From assembly GCA_024704765.1 (NCBI GenBank), contig JAKMXF010000090.1:1-28199 (forward strand): a stretch of 28,199 nt of DNA, read 5' to 3'. Positions 20,937-28,199 of this stretch are shown in pieces. Position 1 is the stretch's first letter, and each line of letters begins with the position of its first letter. The notes beneath the pieces are model-generated. The model saw only the letters and a list, made by a program, of their open reading frames with translations. It did no database searches and had not been told where the DNA came from. The stretch comes from Oopsacas minuta. Lineage: Eukaryota > Animalia > Porifera. A program made the position numbers and the translations under genes.

Positions 20937-23409
20937 CTTATAGACCACAACGCTGAGCCCATCTTCTAACTCCAGGATAAGATAGGACACACATCATACT
21001 ATAAACGTGCACTCAATCAAGTTGTATTTAATGTGCAGTTTTCCGAAAGAGCGTACGTATCTTGAAGTATGCCCTTTGTTCAATTTTGAAATTCTTGTCT
21101 GATGACATAAGAATTATTCAGTATATAAATCAGCTGATCGAAATGCATGATAACTTGGGAAATACTTAATTTATTGCAATGAATGAAAACAAACTAGCAA
21201 ACAACGAATAACATAACATAATAAAGTGGAGATTTATGGAACTAATACAATGTTTCTCTAATAACTTATTGAACACCAGTGGTATTTAGGATAATTGTAC
21301 AATCCGATTGGAAATTTCAATCTGGGGTAACTCGCCTACTTAGAATTCAAATATCAAGTCAGAAATTATAGATTTTTAATAGGCTTTGAATTACCACATA
21401 TTTTGAATATCAATAATTATCTAATAATTAGCACCTTCAAAAAGTGCAAATCCAAAATATTTTTTTGAAATTCGTGAGAAACATATGTTATTCTATGCAA
21501 ATTACTAGATTGCGGCTACGAATATAGACTATACAATATATAGGAGCGGGAAAGAGTATACAATTTATGACAATATATTTGTGTGTTGAAATACTTTTGT
21601 CCACTTAGTGTATACACTAATGCAATGGTGGTCAGCAGGCCATATGAGGGGAGGGCCAGCAGGGCCATTTTCCCCGAGCTTCCTGTTCCAAGGTGGTTCC
21701 TCACCCTCCAAGGTCTTATAATATTACAGGATTCATGTTAATAATTTATAATATATTTATCTATTCACAATATTTTGATTAAGTAATGTTCCTGTTAATC
21801 CATAACAATAATATACTTTCAAAATTTAGTTAAAACCCAGGACGATTTTATTATATTGAGCATATCGGTGGAACTCGGTTAGTACGTACTCCGGTACTCG
21901 GAGAATGCGTTCTTTGGTTTAGGTCTTTGAACTAAAATCTATCTATAACATAGATCTTTATGTAGTACAAAATCTTTTGGTGCCTACTCACGGATAGTAC
22001 ATACTAATAATTCCTTCCGGAAGGGGTACGTCTTATCTGAATTATAATGTATTATATTTGATATGAAAAGGAAATTTAAAAGTGGTGCTACTCATTAATT
22101 GATGCATTATCACAAAAAAGGTTAGAAAAGCAATTTTATACTACAGCTCGTTATTCACATTATTACTCTTTTAATAACAAATAATATTATCACTTCTTCT
22201 CATCTTTTCTTTAATTGGAATTGTAGTCCAATTTACAGCACTTGCCCGCCCCTTTGTAACCCTCTCAGAGACCCTAGTGGTCACAAAAACCTTGGACTAG
22301 GGATTGAATGCATACCTCAATACAAACATTTGGAAATTATATTTGTATCGATACAATTTTGATGGCACATTTTAACCCGAATAAATAAATAAATAATTTT
22401 GCATTTGACAATGCTAGCATTCTATCTCTACAAAGTACTTCCAGGCCGAAGTGACATCATCTGCTTGCTTACTCTTTAATTATGTCAAAGAATGCTCCAA
22501 TGTTTCACTATGTAATGATTTACTTGTTATACTTATCATTTCAAATTCTATCACTTGGAATCTACAGATTTTGCATCATAAAATATCAAATGTTGTCATT
22601 ATATGGTTCGCGGATTCAAGAGGTATAGTTGTGGCCATAATTTGCATATATTTGCCAATATGCACCCATAACTTCACCCATGACCAAATCATCTTACAAA
22701 CGTATAGTATAAACCCAGGATTTCATGTAGTAATTCGGAATCATACACCTAAAAATTCTCCCCTCATATATACGCGTGTCTAGAGTGTACATATAGTATC
22801 ATGGTATGGGGGTCTTGCTCCAATTTACATTAACTCAAATTCATCAAATTTTGTCAACTAACTAGCAGTTCACTAGCGACCGAATTTTATCATTTTTGTT
22901 TCTATATTGTAAATGTGTAAATTTCAATGAAACCTTTGTTGAATTTTAGTTAACAAGGTTTTCGAGTAAATAAATTTTAGGTATAACTTCTCTATAATTT
23001 TGATTTGAGAAGTAATTTTCCACCAAACTAATAGGATGAAGCTCTTCAGCTTAAAAACATGGCAGGAGCCTCTCTTCGCTATGGCAACTACCCGAAAATG
23101 GTCCATAAATTGGTCCACTGCTTCATGACACAGCAATAATTAAAATTACTGTACTATGACCAACACAGTCGAAGTGTTGAGTTCGTAACGAAAAGAGAGA
23201 CAAAATATTCGACTACTTTTAGCCAATTCCTTCACCAAATACAAGAATTTGGCACCTTTCTTATTCCATAAAATCACCCATTTCCCAGCCGTATTTGGCT
23301 AAGTTCGAACTTAAATTCTTTGTGGATGCGGTTCCTGCTCTGAAAAGTAGCTCCACCAATTTCAAAGATTATTCCAAAATTGTTGTCCTTTTTGATATTG
23401 CATTGTAAA

Positions 23410-23573
23410 TGTGATGCACCCAAATTTCTTAAAGTTCATAAACTACAATAATTGATAGATATAACCAGCAAAAGCTCATGACAATTTACTAATAAATATA
23501 TATAGCTATTACTGCATAATCTCCAATAGAGAGTAACTTATGTCAGTTAATTTACTCAATCAACTCTGTTACA
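23410..23573 (-). repeat. 3' LTR
   Basis: Aligns with 26773-26940 (shared GCTCATGACAATTTACTA, ATATATAGCTATTAC, CATAATCTCCAATAGAGA, GTTAATTTACTCAATCA). It starts TGTAAC on the minus strand and is preceded by the purine tract AGAAGTAGAGAGGGAG (about 23577-23592). Confidence 0.85.
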
Positions 23574-24049
23574 ATACTCCCTCTCTACTTCTAAGCTCGT
23601 CCCTGAGCTTATCAGGTGATATAATCTTCCAGATAACATGGCTTCTTTCTAATTCTGGCTGATCTTCTTAATTCTTTATTACTACCCAGTTAACATCTTC
23701 GGTGTTCACTGATCTTGGCGTGGATGTCATGTTTGGAACAAATTCAATTTACTCTTGCTTCTTGTCCTTGTTACTATTATTAAGTTCCAATCTTGTATTT
23801 GCTGTTGTTCACTGTGAACATTTGATTGCTAGACAAATCTTCAACTTAGTTTGATCTTGGGCTACTGTTGAATGAACTATTTATTTGGTTTAATTGCTCA
23901 ATCGCACTCTTGTCCATATCATCTTGATCTCTGATTTACCCTCGATTCGCAAATTTCCTTCTTGTACCTCTGTTAGAGGTGGTGATAAAATTTTAGGGCA
24001 CATATATTTGTGTCTTAATCTGTTTACATGCACTAGCTTCCTTTTGACC

Positions 24050-24700
24050 ATTCGAATTACTCATGTCTCAAGTAACCATGATAGGCGAACCTCTTACCGT
24101 CCAGTTTCCATCCCACCATGTGTTCAATTTGCCTGAACCTCCATTTGTAATACTAGATAACTACACTGGTTGACCAATAGAGAAAGGGAACCTTATATCA
24201 TTTAGTACAATGGTGTTGTGCCATCTTAGCATCAACATATCCTCTTGCTTCTGCTATGTTCTTCCGGATTAGCTCATGATATGTATCTGTATTTATGTTA
24301 GTAGTTGTTAAGTTTTTGTTATATGGGGATAACTAATTGGGTTCTCGACATACATTAAGAATTATGGAGATAAACCAGTGGATTGATAGATGTTCTGTAA
24401 CCATAGAAAACTAACGGAAGGTGTTCTTCCCAATCACTTCGGCTCTCCACAAATGCCTGTAGTTTGGATAATACTTCTATTTGCTTGCTCATTTCCCCAT
24501 TTCCTGATGGATGATAGGCAGTAGTTCTACTTTTATCTATTCCCCATGCTTTACAGATCCCTCTGATAAAGACAAACTCAAATTTTGTACCCTGATCAGA
24601 GTGTAAATATTGAGGATGCCAGAGTGTGGAAAACATATCAACTAATATGTTAACTACTCGCTAGAAGTATTGATCTGGCATTCTAACCATCTACTAAAGC
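24050..24700 (-). pseudogene. Gypsy integrase remnant
   Basis: PQYLHSDQGTKF...WGIDKSRTTAYHPSGNG...DWEEHLPLVFYGYRTS; the downstream pieces are GKLNTWWDGNW and KLVHVNRL. Confidence 0.88.
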
Positions 24701-24849
24701 CATCAACGCACACTAGCAAATACCAATTTCGAAAATTCGACAGGGGTCCATCATTCTTTGAAAAATTCCAAGAGCATCGGTAACTCTAAATGGCATTACA
24801 TTAAACTGATACAATCATATTCCTCTACCTGCAGAGAACGCTGACATTT

Positions 24850-25300
24850 CACGATCATTACAATGTAGTGGAACCTGCCAGTATCAGCTATTAAGATCCA
24901 ATTTTGAGAATACTTCACTACCCTCGATCCTTTCTTGTACTTCGTCTGGTATTGGCAAAGGATAAGAATCCTTGTAGGATTTGGCATTTAGTCGACGATA
25001 ATCGATGCAGATTCTCAAATCTCCACTCTTTCTTTACAAATACAGCTGGGGAACAATATGGACTGCTCGATTCTGTTTTGATACCTCTCCCCAAGATTTC
25101 AGAAATTTGCTTCCCTATCTCGGCCCAAAAATTCTGAGGAATAGGTCGAGCAGGTGATCCTACAGGTGACTTGCCAGTGACAGGAAATCTGTGAGTAGTG
25201 ACTTCTGTAGTTCTTGGAATGGATGAAAATTCCTCCATATAGTAGGACAATATGTCACAGTAATCTACAGAATCGGGGGGGTATCTCATAAGCTGCAATC
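24850..25300 (-). pseudogene. Gypsy reverse transcriptase N-terminal remnant
   Basis: HRFPVTGKSPV..PARPIP...SSSPYCSPAVFVKK, followed by frameshifted DSYPLP and SKLDLNS-like pieces. The rest of RT and RNase H were not found. Confidence 0.82.
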
Positions 25301-25699
25301 TTGGTATACATCGGAACCGTGCAATCTTTCTCTAGTTAATCGTCATCAGTAGTTGAATAGACAATTACAGTGTCCTGATCCTCTTCCGTAGAAACGCATA
25401 CAAATTCTCTATCCCTCTCACTTGCTCTTAGCATCTTGACCTTGTACAGTTGGTTACTCTGTATGCAGCTCTTGTTGAAGTCCAATTCTAATTTATTTTC
25501 CATCTTATAATCTACTCCCAATAATATGTCACAAATTAAAGTTGGGGGTTATAAAAAATCTTGATAATCCTCCAGTAATCCCATGGTTACTTGAAGCTTG
25601 ACTCTTCCTAGAATAGGTAAATTATCTCCATTTTCTGGGCCAATACTAGGAAATGTTTGTGAGTAGAATGGCCACTTCTTGTTAACAATGCTGGATTCT

Positions 25700-26745
25700 T
25701 GGTTATCAAACTAACTGATAATCCTGAATCCAGCATAAGGGTGTATTGATTGAGTTGTCTTTACCAGAATCCAGGAGCGATTGATGGAACTTCTTCCCCA
25801 ATCGCCCTTTCATTTCTTTCTTGAGCCGAATATATTGATTGCGGATCGGAATGCCGTCATGATATTTCGATCCTCTCATGTTCAAAGGAATGTGTGAGCA
25901 ATCTTTGACTAGATGAGAACTACCGGAAGCTAAGCATGTAGCACTTGAGCTAGCACCTTGCACCATCCTTGTACTATAGTTGCGTGCGATATGACTCTTC
26001 CTTACACATTTGAAACTACGATTGATTTCCTGTTATTTAATTCAGTTATAGCTGCTGTGCACATTGTCCCTATGACTGCAGACGAGCATTCGGCCTCAAA
26101 AGGTGCTAATTGATGAGATAGTTCTAAATAAAATGTTCTAAACTGGCAATTCATGTCTCAGGACTCTGTATTTCTAATGCTTTTTGCATTAACTGTACTT
26201 CCTGAATTTTTGATTCTTTAATCGTTGATCATATGCTCTCTGATTGTTTGCTCTCATAAGTTCTTAATACTTTCGCTTTTCTAACTGCATCTTCAAGAGT
26301 CTTTATCGAGGTGTCAACTGAATTTTCTGGACATTTGTTCCGGCAATCCGTGATAAATCAATTGAATGAGAATTGGTATTCGGATTCTGCTGCCAAATCA
26401 TGGAGTGCCTGATTAATCAATTTTTTCGATTCATAAACATATACTTGTGCTCACTCTCTGAGAAATAAATATCTCTTGTGACACGAGTCGATTGCAATGA
26501 ATTTCTCTGCTTTGGCACTAGAGCTTTTTGAAGAGCAGCAGTGACTAATCCGTAATCATTTCTATCAACCATTAGAATGTCCTTATACGCAATTAATACT
26601 CACCCTGAAGCCTAGTTGGTAATTTGAGTGACCTTTGTTCCTATGTCCACCTATTAGCCCCTGAACATATTCCGAAGCGTTCTAACTATTCGCCAAAATC
26701 TCCTGACTCGGAGATACTGGGTATTGCTGTCTGATTCTCTGCCAT
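25700..26745 (-). pseudogene. Gypsy gag-protease remnant
   Basis: ATG 26745 gives MAENQTAIPSISESGDFGE*LERFGICSGANRWT. Two decayed zinc knuckles (SFKCVRKSHIARNY; CLASGSSHLVKDC) and a protease-like SLLDSG follow. Confidence 0.72.
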
Positions 26746-26772
26746 TTCTAAATAACCACTCTCTGGTACCAA

Positions 26773-26940
26773 TATTATGTACCCAAGTTACTTAACGTTA
26801 CTGAACTACAATATTTTATACATGTGATCAAAAAACGCTCATGACAATTTACTACATGAATATATATATATAGCTATTACACCATAATCTCCAATAGAGA
26901 ATAACTTTGCTAGTTAATTTACTCAATCATCTCTCTTACA
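26773..26940 (-). repeat. 5' LTR followed by PBS-like TGGTACCAGAG (26761-26771)
   Basis: Homologous to 23410-23573 and starts TGTAAG on the minus strand. The PBS resembles the tRNAi-Met type TGGTATCAGAG. Confidence 0.85.
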
Positions 26941-28100
26941 GAGATATGACTTTCAAATTCTAACATATAAATAGTGTGATGCTAATGAGATGGATGTTGC
27001 CCTACCTTAGATAATGTCTCTGTGTCCGGTTTTATGTTATAGGTTGTCAATCCGTAGTACACTGTCCATGTTATTCCTGTTAAACCGTGTACACAACTTT
27101 TATTTCGTGTATTTATCTTTGAAATAAAGTTGTACACAACTGTGTACTCTCAAAGAGAACTGAAACTTCCTTTGCAAATTTTATTCATGAAGAAAATATT
27201 TCAGGATTTATATAGTGTTGTCAGAATTCTAGTATAGGCTGCTCTCGATATCATGTTTTGAGTTAAATAAGTTCCATTGGTAAATTTCTGGAGCGTCACC
27301 AATTTAGACACATTAAATACGTTGGCAAGGTAGCTAGAACAATTACGATGCTTATCCACATCTGTGAATCGTGTTGAATTGATTGTTGGTCAGTAATGAA
27401 TTCGGCGAAGTAAGAAACTTCACATGGTTGGTGTGAGTAAAGTGTTGAAAAACGAATAATATTACTCTCTTTTAATTGGAAACTCCCATAGTTATAATTT
27501 AACTTCGAAAGCATAATGTGTTCATAGAGGACGTGATGAATTGATTCATCCTTTTACTACCAATTTAGCATATATAGATTACTTGTGATGTCCACCAGAG
27601 AGGCAAAATCTCTAATCCATTTCGCATCACTGAGCTCTGGAACTTCCATCCCTTCCTGTCTCATAAAGGTGCCCAATTCCGCTCTCAGCTGGTAAAATCT
27701 TAGCAAAATTCAACATCTACCTAACAAACCGTCTATGCTAAAATATTTGAATCGCCATACTGATTATCGATCTCTTCTCACATATGCTGAAATTTAGTAT
27801 GATTTAAGCCTTTTGCACGCACAAAGTTCATAATCTTTATGACTACACTTCTTGTATCTTCGGAGTTCTTGCGGATAAGGCCTCGAGATTGCGGATACAA
27901 TGCTTTCTTACCAGTTTTCTTTCAATGCCAGCATTTCTCATTTCCGACCATAGTATAGGACTATCTGTAGTTACCACACAACTACAGTGAACCCTCGCTA
28001 ATCCAAACAGTAGAAAATAAAGAATTTTTGGTTTAAAAATAATAATTTTCAATCGGAATTTGAAATTTAATATGTACATAGCACATAATTGCAGTAGTAA

Positions 28101-28199
<99 letters not shown>
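28101..28199. repeat. (TAG)33 microsatellite running off the window end
   Basis: Uninterrupted TAG run to the last base. Confidence 0.97.

Larger units (their letters stand above)
17318..21284 (-). mobile_element. Degenerate mariner (DD34D-type) element interrupted by RAG1-like copy 2
   Basis: TIR cores GTGTTCGATAAGTT (17323-36) and AACTTATTGAACAC (21263-76) match 13/14 as inverted repeats. The N-terminus from ATG 21108 reads MSSDKNFKIEQRAYFKIRT...SYPGVRRWAQR. The C-terminal piece at 17372-17756 reads VSQAVENDPRS / QHENVCPH / HPPSISHLAPCDFYPYPMLK. Confidence 0.75.
23410..26940 (-). mobile_element. Ty3/gypsy LTR retrotransposon, internally deleted and degraded
   Basis: Two homologous ~165-bp LTRs are present, with a PBS-like TGGTACCAGAG and a PPT. 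Gag, protease, RT and integrase remnants occur in gypsy order (integrase after RT). Confidence 0.9.

Noticed and set aside
17752-20941. 5-bp TSD for RAG1-like copy 2
   Set aside because: The flanks GATAC and CTTAT match at only 2 of 5 positions.
21640-22290. GC-rich patches resembling decayed MITE termini
   Set aside because: No convincing inverted-repeat pair or TSD could be read.
27086-27140. About 14-bp imperfect inverted repeat (ACAACTTTTATTTC / GAAATAAAGTTGT)
   Set aside because: Short and AT-rich, so plausible by chance.
1-28199. CRISPR arrays, rRNA or tRNA genes, prokaryotic operons
   Set aside because: No regularly spaced direct repeats or structural RNA signatures were seen; the content is eukaryotic.

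Overview
AT-rich, transposon-dominated eukaryotic (animal) window. It holds one intact host gene, an intronless myotubularin-related phosphatase of the MTMR6/7/8 type (2928-4865, minus). Around it are decayed mobile elements: a MULE, a probable P-element remnant, two MITEs, two Tc1 elements, a mariner and a Ty3/gypsy LTR element. The standout is a head-to-head pair of diverged RAG1-like/Transib transposons (10833-14264 minus; 17757-20936 plus). Each encodes a decayed ~720-aa transposase with a RAG1 NBD-like N-terminal region, a DDE/ZnC2H2 core and a CX2CX3GHX5C tail, and neither contains a RAG2-like gene. All four ends carry an RSS-like signal: a CACAGT(G/A)-type heptamer, a spacer and a GYAAAGAAT nonamer. 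The spacer is 8 bp at both 5' ends and 17 bp at both 3' ends, an '8/17' analogue of the 12/23 rule. Copy 1 has a perfect 5-bp TSD (GTATA), and an empty-site paralog lies within the window. Copy 2 is nested inside the mariner. The host taxon cannot be determined from the sequence; a non-vertebrate animal such as a sponge is my inference only. All family assignments come from motifs recognised by eye; no database searches were run.
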